DNA of 64,000 nt from an uncultured Candidatus Saccharibacteria bacterium (GTDB lineage Bacteria; Patescibacteriota; Minisyncoccia; Phycocordibacterales; JABMNX01): positions 70,351 through 134,350 of the forward strand of contig CAZNRH010000002.1 in the NCBI GenBank assembly GCA_964575755.1. Reading direction: 5' to 3'. A program made the position numbers and the translations under genes. Every line of letters begins with the position of its first letter. Position 1 is the first letter of the stretch. The notes under the pieces are model-generated. The model saw only the letters and a list, made by a program, of their open reading frames with translations, searched no databases and was not told the DNA's origin. This document shows positions 28,346-37,492 of this stretch, piece by piece.

Positions 28346-28373
28346 TGGAGGTTCAAGTCCTCTCTCGCGCACA
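28346..28373 (+). repeat. exact 28-nt direct copy of the tRNA-Leu(UAG) 3' end
   Basis: tggaggttcaagtcctctctcgcgcaca is identical to 28275-28302, with a 43-nt spacer. Confidence 0.8.
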
Positions 28374-28379
28374 TAAAAC

Positions 28380-28412
28380 AAAAAACACCTAGCTTACACT
28401 AGGTGTTTTTTG
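28380..28412 (+). terminator. rho-independent terminator
   Basis: Stem cacctag/ctaggtg followed by ttttttg. Confidence 0.6.
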
Positions 28413-28422
28413 TTTCACGAAC

Positions 28423-28812
28423 TTAAAAAGAAACATTATCATTATAATGAGAATAAAAGTTACCACCTCCACTTCCTCTCCTCTCTATCACACCTGGTAT
28501 AATCACATTTTGATCCTGTACACTAAAAGTAGATTGGAGCATTCTAATCAATCCCCAAATTGAAACCATTACAAAAAGAGCAATAATTCCATATATCATA
28601 ATGTCTCGCCCTTCGGATTTTTTATCCTCACTTCCTTGATTAAATATGAACTGAGCCAACCCCCAGAAGAAATAAAGCACTGCAAGAGCTAGTACCAACG
28701 GAATTGCCGTATTTATTAAGCTAGAAAAAGTACCCATCACAGCTTCCAAACTTTGAGCACTAGCCACTAGTGGCATAATAAGCAATCCTAACGCCACAAA
28801 AAATGTTTTCAT
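28423..28812 (-). CDS. TrbC/VirB2-like pilin-type small membrane protein
   Basis: Signal peptide MKTFFVALGLLIMPLVASA followed by two TM helices (AIPLVLALAVLYFFWGLAQ and IMIYGIIALFVMVSIWGLIRML). Confidence 0.6.
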   Translation of the reverse strand: MKTFFVALGLLIMPLVASAQSLEAVMGTFSSLINTAIPLVLALAVLYFFWGLAQFIFNQGSEDKKSEGRDIMIYGIIALFVMVSIWGLIRMLQSTFSVQDQNVIIPGVIERRGSGGGNFYSHYNDNVSF

Positions 28813-28837
28813 ATAATTTAATACTACAACACTATTA

Positions 28838-29086
28838 CTATATTGGCAAGTCGAACATATTTTCCATAAGTCTGACGATACCGAGTGCAGCGATCATAAC
28901 AAACATACCAATCACACCCCACAACATATGTACCTTTCCCTCTTTTCTGTCGTCTTCACTATCTGCCTTCCAGATAAAGACCGTCATACCCCACAGGAAA
29001 TACAAGAAAGCAGTTGCAAATAAAAGCAGTATAAGCGGGTTTATAATAACCGTATTTATGTTATCGATAAGCCTGTCTGTCGTCAT
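28838..29086 (-). CDS. TrbC/VirB2-like small membrane protein (no signal peptide)
   Basis: Two TM helices with the same ...FLWG...MLWGVIGMFVMIAALGIVRLM pattern as its neighbours. Confidence 0.45.
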   Translation of the reverse strand: MTTDRLIDNINTVIINPLILLLFATAFLYFLWGMTVFIWKADSEDDRKEGKVHMLWGVIGMFVMIAALGIVRLMENMFDLPI

Positions 29087-29095
29087 ACCTTACTA

Positions 29096-29431
29096 TTACC
29101 TCTTTACTTCCTTAGGAATAATAACAGTCTGATCTGTTACACTAAAAGTAGATTGGAGCATTCTAATCAATCCCCAAATTGAAACCATTACAAAAAGAGC
29201 AATAATTCCATATATCATAATGTCTCGCCCTTCGGATTTTTTATCCTCACTTCCTTGATTAAATATGAACTGAGCCAACCCCCAGAAGAAATAAAGCACT
29301 GCAAGAGCTAGTACCAACGGAATTGCCGTATTTATTAAGCTAGAAAAAGTACCCATCACAGCTTCCAAACTTTGAGCACTAGCCACTAGTGGCATAATAA
29401 GCAATCCTAACGCTACAAAAAATGTTTTCAT
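29096..29431 (-). CDS. TrbC/VirB2-like pilin, near-identical paralog of 28423-28812
   Basis: Start set at MKTFFVALG. The first ~100 codons are ~99 percent identical at DNA level to the paralog. The C-terminus differs. Confidence 0.6.
   Translation of the reverse strand: MKTFFVALGLLIMPLVASAQSLEAVMGTFSSLINTAIPLVLALAVLYFFWGLAQFIFNQGSEDKKSEGRDIMIYGIIALFVMVSIWGLIRMLQSTFSVTDQTVIIPKEVKR
29131..29431. repeat. ~300-bp segmental duplication (partner 28510-28812)
   Basis: Near-identical DNA over about 300 bp. Only isolated single-base differences were seen. It covers the 5' parts of two pilin genes. Confidence 0.8.
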
Positions 29432-29567
29432 ATAAAATTTATTTAATATTTCTTTTAATAGAAACCTTCTACTAATAATCAATTATAATTATAGAGTAAT
29501 AATAGCCGATAATTGCACTAAAGAGCAATCCAGCAGTGTGGATATAGTAAACCACACTAAAATTCAG

Positions 29568-29930
29568 CTAAATTCTTATAGTCTCACCTGGAGTATACTG
29601 CTGTTGCGTGGAACCACCAGAACCTAAAAAAGTATTACTTAAAAGACGTAAAATACCCCAAATAGATACCATAACAAAAAGTGCAATAATACCGTAAATC
29701 ATAAGCTTTCTGCCATCTTCTATCTTAGAAGTATCTCCAGCTGAAAATATATATTGAGAAACTCCCCAAAAGAACCCAAGAACTGCTAACGCAATTATTA
29801 TAGGAACCGCTAAATTAATAAAACCTACCAACAACCCAACAAGCTCAGGAAAAGTCTGCGGAGCAGCGAAAGTAACCATTGGAATAAATAGAAGTGCTGA
29901 TAATGTTAATATTGTAAGTCTTTTTAACAT
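29568..29930 (-). CDS. TrbC/VirB2-like pilin-type small membrane protein
   Basis: Signal peptide MLKRLTILTLSALLFIPMVTFA. TM helices AVPIIIALAVLGFFWG and LMIYGIIALFVMVSIWGILRLL. Confidence 0.6.
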   Translation of the reverse strand: MLKRLTILTLSALLFIPMVTFAAPQTFPELVGLLVGFINLAVPIIIALAVLGFFWGVSQYIFSAGDTSKIEDGRKLMIYGIIALFVMVSIWGILRLLSNTFLGSGGSTQQQYTPGETIRI

Positions 29931-29933
29931 AAT

Positions 29934-30350
29934 TTATCCAGTTAAAAGTCCGATAGTGTTTCTTACAATAATTGCCAATGTCCAAGAACCAAGGAATAAG
30001 GCTACCCCAATAATTGTATAGTAAAAAGTCTTCTTAGCTTCTTCAATCTTTGTTACATTACCCTGTGCTGTAACAAAAAGGAATCCAGAATACACAATAG
30101 ACAACACCGCTATTGGAAGTCCTATATTAATAACTGCCTTTAGAAGCAACTCAACAAATTTTTCAAAGCTATAGATACCGCTATTTTCTAATGGGTTTTC
30201 TAAACCAGCTGCAAGTGCATATGGTACTGTAACCATAAAAAAGAAAATAAATGTTGTTAATGTTTTTTGAATCCCATACGAAATAGGACACGGACTTATA
30301 GTATTTTTATCCACAAGTATAGATTTTATATTAATTGTCAACTTTTTCAT
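29934..30350 (-). CDS. TrbC/VirB2-like small membrane protein (start uncertain; N-terminus reads through a repeat element)
   Basis: Two TM helices (INIGLPIAVLSIVYSGFLF and IIGVALFLGSWTLAIIV). The ATG at 30350 lies in the loop of element copy b. An alternative ATG lies at 30236. Confidence 0.5.
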   Translation of the reverse strand: MKKLTINIKSILVDKNTISPCPISYGIQKTLTTFIFFFMVTVPYALAAGLENPLENSGIYSFEKFVELLLKAVINIGLPIAVLSIVYSGFLFVTAQGNVTKIEEAKKTFYYTIIGVALFLGSWTLAIIVRNTIGLLTG

Positions 30351-30393
30351 TTTTATTATAATTTTAATGTCCGTGATTTCGTACGGGACTAAT
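30272..30393 (-). repeat. inverted-repeat element (copy b) between the SBP-like gene and the pilin gene
   Basis: Arms atcccatacgaaataggacacggac and gtccgtgatttcgtacggga. An in-frame ATG in the internal loop (MKKLTINIKS...) is homologous to the micro-ORF of copies a and c. Confidence 0.7.
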
Positions 30394-30395
30394 AC

Positions 30396-31703
30396 TTATC
30401 TTAGCAAATTTTGTAACTCTTTATGGGCAGTACTTACTGACTCACTCGTCCTCAGTCTACCAGAAACAACTGACTCTATCATTAGTTTAAATATTTCATC
30501 TGTCTTGCTTACACTGGGGTCGAGCCAAGCACGAGACTGAAGCGCTGCGTCGGCAAAAATAACTTTAAATGGATCCGATGGCCTGTTGGCTAACAATGAC
30601 CTTGATACTGGAGATAGGCCTGTCTTTTCTGACATATCCTGCAAGACCGAGTCAGACGTAAGTGCAAAAGCTATCTGCATTGCTCCTGCAATATTCTTTG
30701 ATGTTCTTGGAATCGCTAAGCCTGTAATATTTCCAAAGGTAATATTATTGTTACTACTTCGAACCTGCGGAACAAGAGCGACATCGAAATTTAAGTTGGC
30801 GTTTTTTTCTCTTATAGATGAAAGCTCGCTCGCAAAACCTACGTAGTTAGAAAGTATTCCGGATACAAAGGCTTGTTTTGATTCTGGTAATGCACGGTTC
30901 CATGTATAAATGGTCTTTGTGGGGTTTGCAAAATCTGTATAAAAACGGAGAGCATTCTCAGCAGGCACCTGTCCATCACTTAATTGACGAACTAGCCCCG
31001 AAGACAAAGAACCGTTACTTCCAACTAATACTAAATCACCCCCTGCCTGCAGTATCAACATCGAGAGTAACTCTTTTGCATGTGCAATGTTTTGATACTC
31101 TCCAATTGACAAAGCGCTTTTAAATATTTCCCCACTGTCACCACGTGTTGTTAATGAACCATTAAGAGCAAACGACACTATCTCATCCCAAAACCGTGGC
31201 GGTCGAGATATTCCAGCTTGAGAATAATGATCCCTGTTCCAATAAAGAACCAACGGGTCAACAGTGAAAGGAAGGGCGGTAATACCATTCCCACTTAAAA
31301 ACAATTCTGCTTCTTGAATAAAAGCATCTTTAAACTCACGCTGTGACATAACGTCATATGAAATTGGATAAATCTTATCCCCGTGCCTTAAAATAGTGTC
31401 TTGGCTTAAGAAAAACAAATCAGGACCTCTCTGAGACGCAAGGGCTTCTACTAATTCCTCATCAAAAAAACGTACATCTTTTTCAATATATGTAACTTGG
31501 TCAAAACGGTCATCGTTAAATGAAGCCTCTCTTATGAGTGCCTCCATAACCTTGTCGTCATACGTACCCCAAATCACTACCTCGCCTACATTAGCGCCGC
31601 CACCTCCAAACCCGCCAACACCAGCAAAGAGCATCACTCCAACCACTGTAAAAAATATAAAGGCTCCAGTAACAACTATTTTAAATACGCTTAATTTATT
31701 CAT
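30396..31703 (-). CDS. membrane-anchored extracellular solute-binding-protein-like protein
   Basis: N-terminal TM/signal anchor, Gly-rich linker, then a periplasmic-binding-protein-like pattern (VVIWGTYDDKVMEALI...). Weak assignment. Confidence 0.4.
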   Translation of the reverse strand: MNKLSVFKIVVTGAFIFFTVVGVMLFAGVGGFGGGGANVGEVVIWGTYDDKVMEALIREASFNDDRFDQVTYIEKDVRFFDEELVEALASQRGPDLFFLSQDTILRHGDKIYPISYDVMSQREFKDAFIQEAELFLSGNGITALPFTVDPLVLYWNRDHYSQAGISRPPRFWDEIVSFALNGSLTTRGDSGEIFKSALSIGEYQNIAHAKELLSMLILQAGGDLVLVGSNGSLSSGLVRQLSDGQVPAENALRFYTDFANPTKTIYTWNRALPESKQAFVSGILSNYVGFASELSSIREKNANLNFDVALVPQVRSSNNNITFGNITGLAIPRTSKNIAGAMQIAFALTSDSVLQDMSEKTGLSPVSRSLLANRPSDPFKVIFADAALQSRAWLDPSVSKTDEIFKLMIESVVSGRLRTSESVSTAHKELQNLLR

Positions 31704-31823
31704 CCCGTACGAAATAGGACACGGACTTAAACAGCCCTTGTCTCTATGTTTAATATTCTATTAATTATCGACTTATTTATCATATATTGTTTCTGTGTCC
31801 GTGATTTCGTACGGGATTCATAG
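31704..31823 (-). repeat. start-codon-abutting inverted-repeat element (copy c) with an 18-aa micro-ORF
   Basis: Arms cccgtacgaaataggacacggac and gtccgtgatttcgtacggg with an outer attcatag motif. Micro-ORF MINKSIINRILNIETRAV spans 31727-31783 on the minus strand. The element ends exactly at the ATG of the 30396-31703 gene. Confidence 0.75.
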
Positions 31824-31843
31824 TATTTTATATAGCATTTGTT

Positions 31844-32392
31844 CTATCTTTTAAACACTGCTCCATAATGATGTGCACCAGCCTGTATCTTAAATAGTAG
31901 ACTAAAACCTTCTTCTTTAAATAAATCTTTTACAAAACTTAGTGGCACTATATTTTCGCTTTTAGGGCCTAGCCCGCCGAAGGAATCTTTCCAGTCAACT
32001 ACTAATACTTTACCATTTTGTTTGAGTACTCGGGATACTTCTTTTGTAAAACTTTTTTTATCTTCTACTGAAAAAAATATATTGGAAGCGATTACTGCAT
32101 CAATAGTACCTTCTAACAAACCACTCCCACCCTCTTTCTCAATATCTCCCCATACAACTTCGACGTTCTCTAACCCTTCTTTGTTTGCTGTGTTTTTAAT
32201 ACGGCTTAATAAATCTTGTTGTATATCAATAGCGTACACAACTCCTCGTCTACCAACAGCTCGAGCAGAAGCAATGGTGTAACCTCCCATACCAGCACCA
32301 AAGTCAGCGACCAGAGAACCAGTTTCTAGCTTAAATTGCTTAATATTCGACTCAGGATCAGAAAACTTCATTAACCTATTATACCCGCACAC
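31844..32392 (-). CDS. class I SAM-dependent methyltransferase
   Basis: Motif I VADFGAGMGGYT and motif II-like VVYAIDI. Confidence 0.75.
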   Translation of the reverse strand: MCGYNRLMKFSDPESNIKQFKLETGSLVADFGAGMGGYTIASARAVGRRGVVYAIDIQQDLLSRIKNTANKEGLENVEVVWGDIEKEGGSGLLEGTIDAVIASNIFFSVEDKKSFTKEVSRVLKQNGKVLVVDWKDSFGGLGPKSENIVPLSFVKDLFKEEGFSLLFKIQAGAHHYGAVFKR

Positions 32393-32553
32393 TATATAAA
32401 ACAGCTAACTGTGTTATACACGCATGTATAACAAACTTGGCGGTCGAACCGCCAAGTGCGGCTGGAATTGTGTAAAAAGAAAAACCACCCCTCGTCGAAA
32501 CGAAGTTTGGTTCTCTTTCGTTTCACCCGAAGTGGCGGTTATTGTTGGATATG

Positions 32554-32940
32554 TCATCCCATTAATTCATTTCGTTCGTATCCTAACTGTAGAAGGGCTT
32601 CAAAAAGAGGAATCATTTCTATGTGAGCTTCTTCTCTTAGAATATTTGCTTCTTTTTCAAGTTTGTCAGCTTCAGGAAGTTCTTCAGGGTAGTCAGCTTC
32701 TTTATAAAGAGTGATTACTTCCATTACCAAACGGTGACCACGCATCATTTTATCGTAAATCTCACCTGTGTTAATCCCTAATTTAGCTGCTATAATATCT
32801 ATATCATCAGATAATTTTTGCTTTTTTCCTAACTTGGGATTACGATACAAACCTCCAGGTAAATAACAATAAAAGTTATTGAAATGAACAAGCGGCTTTT
32901 TTGTGTCTTCTTTGGTACAACTAGTCATACAGTCCTCCAT
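32554..32940 (-). CDS. hypothetical protein
   Basis: 128-aa ORF with no recognisable motifs. Confidence 0.4.
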   Translation of the reverse strand: MEDCMTSCTKEDTKKPLVHFNNFYCYLPGGLYRNPKLGKKQKLSDDIDIIAAKLGINTGEIYDKMMRGHRLVMEVITLYKEADYPEELPEADKLEKEANILREEAHIEMIPLFEALLQLGYERNELMG

Positions 32941-33436
32941 ATTGATTAGTGTTTTAACTTTAAAACTACGCGTAAAGTTAAGATCTGGTGCGAGAACTTA
33001 CTCTGACAAGAAATTAACATTATAAGATTAACATGTCAAGTGTACCGTAATATATCATGACATTTGCATCACTATATAATTCAATGCCGTGGCGCGGCTA
33101 TAAGTGGTTTACCACAAGGGCACTTCTTGTTTTCTAGCTCGTAAACTCACAAGAAAACAAAGTCGAAAGCCCTCGATTGCTTCGCAACCTGGGGCTTTAT
33201 TTTAGGTATTTTGATAGTTTTTGGAGACCTGGTCTCCAAAAATGCATTTTAAAATATTGAAAACCCAATAGAATTCCTAGGCTTGGATAAAGTTCGAGGA
33301 AGTCGTAAATTTAGAAATTCTGGACTTCCAAAAGGATTTCAAAATTTCTAGGAAAATTACATTAAAAATTACGAAGCATATCGGGCATATGCTGAATAAT
33401 CTTTAATGCGATTTTACCGAAATTTGGGAATTCTCT

Positions 33437-35935
33437 CTATAGGCAGACCATCGATGCGACTTTATCGCCCGCTCGCAATTTCATAACCCTAACCCCCTGC
33501 GTCTGTCTTGAAAGTGACGGTATCTCTTCAATACCAGTTCTTATAACCTGCCCTTTTTGTGACACAGCAACTATCTCCCCTTCTGAATCTTTAACACTAT
33601 CTACAACAGCCATTGCTATTACATTGCCCGTCTTTGCGGTCACTTTTGCGGTCTTGATACCAGACCCTCCTCTGTTTTGTATTTTATATTCTTTAAGTGA
33701 TGTCTTTTTACCATACCCAAAAGCAGTCAAAACTAACAATTCTGGATTCTCATATTCGGAGTGTACAACCTCTGCACCTATGACCACATCGTCTTTGCCA
33801 AGTTTTATTGCTCTTACTCCCGCGGCACCACGCCCCATCTCACGGATATCTGACTCGTTGAACCGAATCGACTGACCTCCACGTGTTGCCACAGACGCAT
33901 TCTCACCTTTCTTTACAAATGAAGCAGTGATGAGTGTGTCGTCTCCCTTTAGTGTAATAGCTATCAAACCACTCCTTCGTACATCATGGAAATTATCTGC
34001 AGAAACTTTCTTCGCGATACCGTTTTTGGTCACCATCATAAGAGATAGTTCATCTTTCTTTATTTCCTTTGGCATAGCGAGGATAGATGTCACCTGTTCG
34101 TCTTGTGAAATAGATAAGAAGTTCATAATTGATTTACCACGTGTTGCTCGCTTACCCTCTGGGATATCAAACATTCGTATCTGGTACACCTTTCCCTTGT
34201 CAGTGAAAAAGAGTAAGTCGCTATGCGTGCTTGTGGTAAGGAATTTTGTCACAACATCTTCTTCTTTTGTATTTAAATCTACAACACCAACCCCTCCACG
34301 CTTTTGCCGTTTGTACTCGCTTGGATTTGTTCTCTTTATATACCCACCTTTTGTAAAGACAAGTATGCTCTCTTCGTCTGCTATCAAATCCTCAGGCGCA
34401 AGTGTCTTCGCACCATGCTTTACTATTTTTGTCCTTCTCTCATCACCGTATACTTTAATAAGCTCAGTTAACTCGTCTTTAATAATTCCAAATATCTTTT
34501 TATCGCTTGCTAGAATCACGCCGAGTGACTTTATCAAAGCTTGTATATCTTTTAGTTCGTCTTCTATCTTTTTACGCTCTAGCCCAGCAAGTTTTTGCAG
34601 TCTCATCTCAAGAATCGCGGTCGCCTGAAGGTCAGAGAACTTAAATTCTTTTCTAATAGCTACGTGTGCAGCTGGAGCGTCTTTTGATTTCTTAATAGTC
34701 TTGATAATCGCATCGATATGATCAAGCGCTTTCTTAAGTCCAAGTAATATATGCTCGCGTGCTTTTGCTTTCCTTAATTCAAACTCTGTCCTGCGAGTAA
34801 CTATTTCTTTTCTGTGTGCAATAAATGAAACAAGGATAGATTTTAGAGAAAGTGTTTGTGGAATACCATCAACAATAGCCACCATGTTGTAGTGGAAGGT
34901 GTCTTCTATCTGTGTGTGCTTGTAAAGGTAGTTAAGTACTGTCTGTGGGTTAGCGGTGCTTTTTAGGTCAATAACCACACGAGTTTCTTTTGTTGACTCG
35001 TCTCGCACATCTTTAATACCCTCAAGCCTTTTGTCTCGCACAAGGTCAGCAATTTTGATAAGTAAATCAGATTTGTTAACACGATACGGAACAGAAGAAA
35101 TTATAATCTGGAAATTCCCTTTAGAGTCTTCTACTACTTCTGTAGTACTCCGCACCACAACACCACCCTTGCCGTGAACATATGCGTTATGTATATCCTT
35201 TTCATTATATGCAATACACCCACTTGGGAAATCAGGCCCTTTAACAAACTTCATCAAGTCTTCTGTGGTTGCTTTAGGGTTATCAATAAGGTGGATAGTT
35301 GCTTCCGATACCTCAGTAAGGTTGTGTGGCGGTATATTTGTCGCCATACCAACAGCAATACCAAGTGGTCCAGTAAGAAGTAGGTTAGGTGCAGCAGACG
35401 GAAGAACTTCTGGTTCTTTTCTTGTACTGTCGTAGTTGGCACGCCACTTAACTGTGTCTTTTTCTAAGTCCTTTAAGAGCTCTCCAGAGAGTTTTGACAT
35501 TTTTGCTTCGGTATAACGCATCGCAGCTGGAGCATCTCCGTCAACAGAACCGAAGTTACCTTGTCCAATAACTAGTGGGTACCTGTAGGTAAAGTCTTGC
35601 GCCATTTTTGCCATAGCGTCATAGATAGCAGAGTCACCGTGTGGATGGTATTTACCCATGACGTCTCCAACTACAGCAGCAGACTTACGGAATCGCCCCG
35701 AAGCAGAAAGACCCATTTGGTGCATGGTAAAGAGGATCCTCCTGTGAACAGGTTTGAGTCCGTCACGCACGTCAGGAAGTGCACGCGATGTAATTACTGT
35801 CATAGCATAATCAAGATATGCCTGTTGCATTTCAGCGCTTATACCCTGTTTGATAATTCTACCAACTGCTTTATTTGAATTTTCTCCACCATCTGATGAA
35901 TTATTTTTTGATTTTTTTTCAGAGTCTTTTGCCAT
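33437..35935 (-). CDS. gyrA: DNA gyrase subunit A
   Basis: Active-site region [23 protein letters not shown] and C-terminal beta-pinwheel repeats. Confidence 0.95.
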   Translation of the reverse strand: MAKDSEKKSKNNSSDGGENSNKAVGRIIKQGISAEMQQAYLDYAMTVITSRALPDVRDGLKPVHRRILFTMHQMGLSASGRFRKSAAVVGDVMGKYHPHGDSAIYDAMAKMAQDFTYRYPLVIGQGNFGSVDGDAPAAMRYTEAKMSKLSGELLKDLEKDTVKWRANYDSTRKEPEVLPSAAPNLLLTGPLGIAVGMATNIPPHNLTEVSEATIHLIDNPKATTEDLMKFVKGPDFPSGCIAYNEKDIHNAYVHGKGGVVVRSTTEVVEDSKGNFQIIISSVPYRVNKSDLLIKIADLVRDKRLEGIKDVRDESTKETRVVIDLKSTANPQTVLNYLYKHTQIEDTFHYNMVAIVDGIPQTLSLKSILVSFIAHRKEIVTRRTEFELRKAKAREHILLGLKKALDHIDAIIKTIKKSKDAPAAHVAIRKEFKFSDLQATAILEMRLQKLAGLERKKIEDELKDIQALIKSLGVILASDKKIFGIIKDELTELIKVYGDERRTKIVKHGAKTLAPEDLIADEESILVFTKGGYIKRTNPSEYKRQKRGGVGVVDLNTKEEDVVTKFLTTSTHSDLLFFTDKGKVYQIRMFDIPEGKRATRGKSIMNFLSISQDEQVTSILAMPKEIKKDELSLMMVTKNGIAKKVSADNFHDVRRSGLIAITLKGDDTLITASFVKKGENASVATRGGQSIRFNESDIREMGRGAAGVRAIKLGKDDVVIGAEVVHSEYENPELLVLTAFGYGKKTSLKEYKIQNRGGSGIKTAKVTAKTGNVIAMAVVDSVKDSEGEIVAVSQKGQVIRTGIEEIPSLSRQTQGVRVMKLRAGDKVASMVCL

Positions 35936-36034
35936 AAATAAATTTTAATTGTCATCCATTATACCATATTCACGCCTTAACTTAAAGGCATATAAGCCTT
36001 CTACACTAACTAAGGTCCAGCCTTAGATAGTTAA

Positions 36035-36460
36035 TTATTCAACTAAAATAATCTCAACTCCTGATGGAGTAATTTCATTTTCTTGCTTCTTTTCCTTTAT
36101 TATTACTTGCGTAGAGGCTTGTTTTTCTTCTGGAGTAGTAGATATTTTATCTTCTATGATAGTGCTTCCAGTAAACTCAGTGTCATCTAACTGCACCGCA
36201 GTATTTTCTATTTGTTCCTTAATAATACCAACACCCTCTTTAAACGTATCACTGGCTTCATTAAACGAGGTAGTAAATGCATCAAAACTAAAAGTACTAT
36301 TAGATTTTACAGATACATCTTGACCTTTTTGTAATGAAGCGAAAAACGATACTACCCAAAGTAAAAATATTAGCCCTGTTATAACACCAGCGACACTAAA
36401 AGCTATCGCTTGTCGCTGTCTACGTGGCTTTTCTCGAATTCGTTCCAATGTATCAAACAT
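36035..36460 (-). CDS. hypothetical membrane-anchored protein
   Basis: N-terminal TM helix followed by a Ser/Thr-rich extracellular region. Confidence 0.4.
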   Translation of the reverse strand: MFDTLERIREKPRRQRQAIAFSVAGVITGLIFLLWVVSFFASLQKGQDVSVKSNSTFSFDAFTTSFNEASDTFKEGVGIIKEQIENTAVQLDDTEFTGSTIIEDKISTTPEEKQASTQVIIKEKKQENEITPSGVEIILVE

Positions 36461-36634
36461 GTTTTATAACTCGCGCACTTGGCGCACTTCTTCGTTACTT
36501 CGTTAAAAATATCAGTCGTCATATGTTCATATGACTTCTTTTATTTTTAACTTGCGCCTCGAACCGCATCAAAGTGCGCAAGTTCTAATATCAGAATCAA
36601 TTATTATTTCTCATAAACTCAACTAAAAATTGCT

Positions 36635-37267
36635 TTAAGAAGAAATCACAACAATATCCCCTATCTTGCCCTCGACATCTTTCTTCTTTATTGTGAGTTT
36701 CTCAACAGGATTCGCTTTATCTGCACCACCCTCCTTCAAAAATGCTTTCAGTGAATCCTTCTTACCAATACCATCGTAATGTATAGGGATTATTATATTC
36801 GCCTCAAGCTTAACACCAACTCCATGAGCTTCCGAAGGATTAAGAACTCCCTCACCACCAATTGGTACGAAAAGTATATCTATACCATCTACATCTTCAA
36901 AAATCTTTGGGTCAATCTTGCTTTCAGATAAAGCTCCAAGGAAGCAAAGGTTCATTCCCTCAAGTGTGACTATGTAAATAGTATTGGGGCGCTCTGACCC
37001 TCCGTACCCCGAAACTGACGGGAATCCTTTTATAAAAATTCTTTCAACCTCATATTCTCCAGGACCTTGAATAACAAACGGCTCATTGTCTCCACGTGTC
37101 ACACTCTTAACTCCATTGAAATCTTTGTCTGCTGTTGTTATGAGAACAATATCCGCACCAAACTTAGGCCTAGCAAGTTTAGACTCTTTAGAAATAGGGT
37201 TAAACACGATAGTTGTGTCACCTCTTGTAACTTTTATACATTCTCCTCCATGGTGTGTGATTATCAT
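36635..37267 (-). CDS. MBL-fold metallo-hydrolase
   Basis: Start set at MIITHHGGECIKV (beta-lactamase-fold HxHxDH-like region). The ORF-track version extends 30 codons upstream into a hairpin. Confidence 0.65.
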   Translation of the reverse strand: MIITHHGGECIKVTRGDTTIVFNPISKESKLARPKFGADIVLITTADKDFNGVKSVTRGDNEPFVIQGPGEYEVERIFIKGFPSVSGYGGSERPNTIYIVTLEGMNLCFLGALSESKIDPKIFEDVDGIDILFVPIGGEGVLNPSEAHGVGVKLEANIIIPIHYDGIGKKDSLKAFLKEGGADKANPVEKLTIKKKDVEGKIGDIVVISS

Positions 37268-37317
37268 GAGAATAGTATACAACCTGTTTGTCCAAGAGTG
37301 AAGCGATTGGCTACAAA

Positions 37318-37360
37318 CAGCAGTGCCCCAAACAATGTGCGAAGCTAAGCTTCGCACATT
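37318..37360. other. perfect 17-bp inverted repeat with 3-nt loop
   Basis: aaacaatgtgcgaagc-taa-gcttcgcacattgttt, with no adjacent T-run. Confidence 0.5.
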
Positions 37361-37492
37361 GTTTACGTGAACGTGACTCCTAAAAACTACAAGCTAACAC
37401 CTACAAGCTGTGATATTAAGTCATAGAAATAGTAACTTGACAAGTATTTTAAGTGTGCTAGTATATCTACATCCTGTTGTCATATTCGAAGC

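Noticed and set aside
33213-33245. Hairpin tttttggagacctggtctccaaaaa downstream of gyrA as a terminator
   Set aside because: No T-run on either strand. It may be a protein-binding palindrome but there is not enough evidence to annotate.
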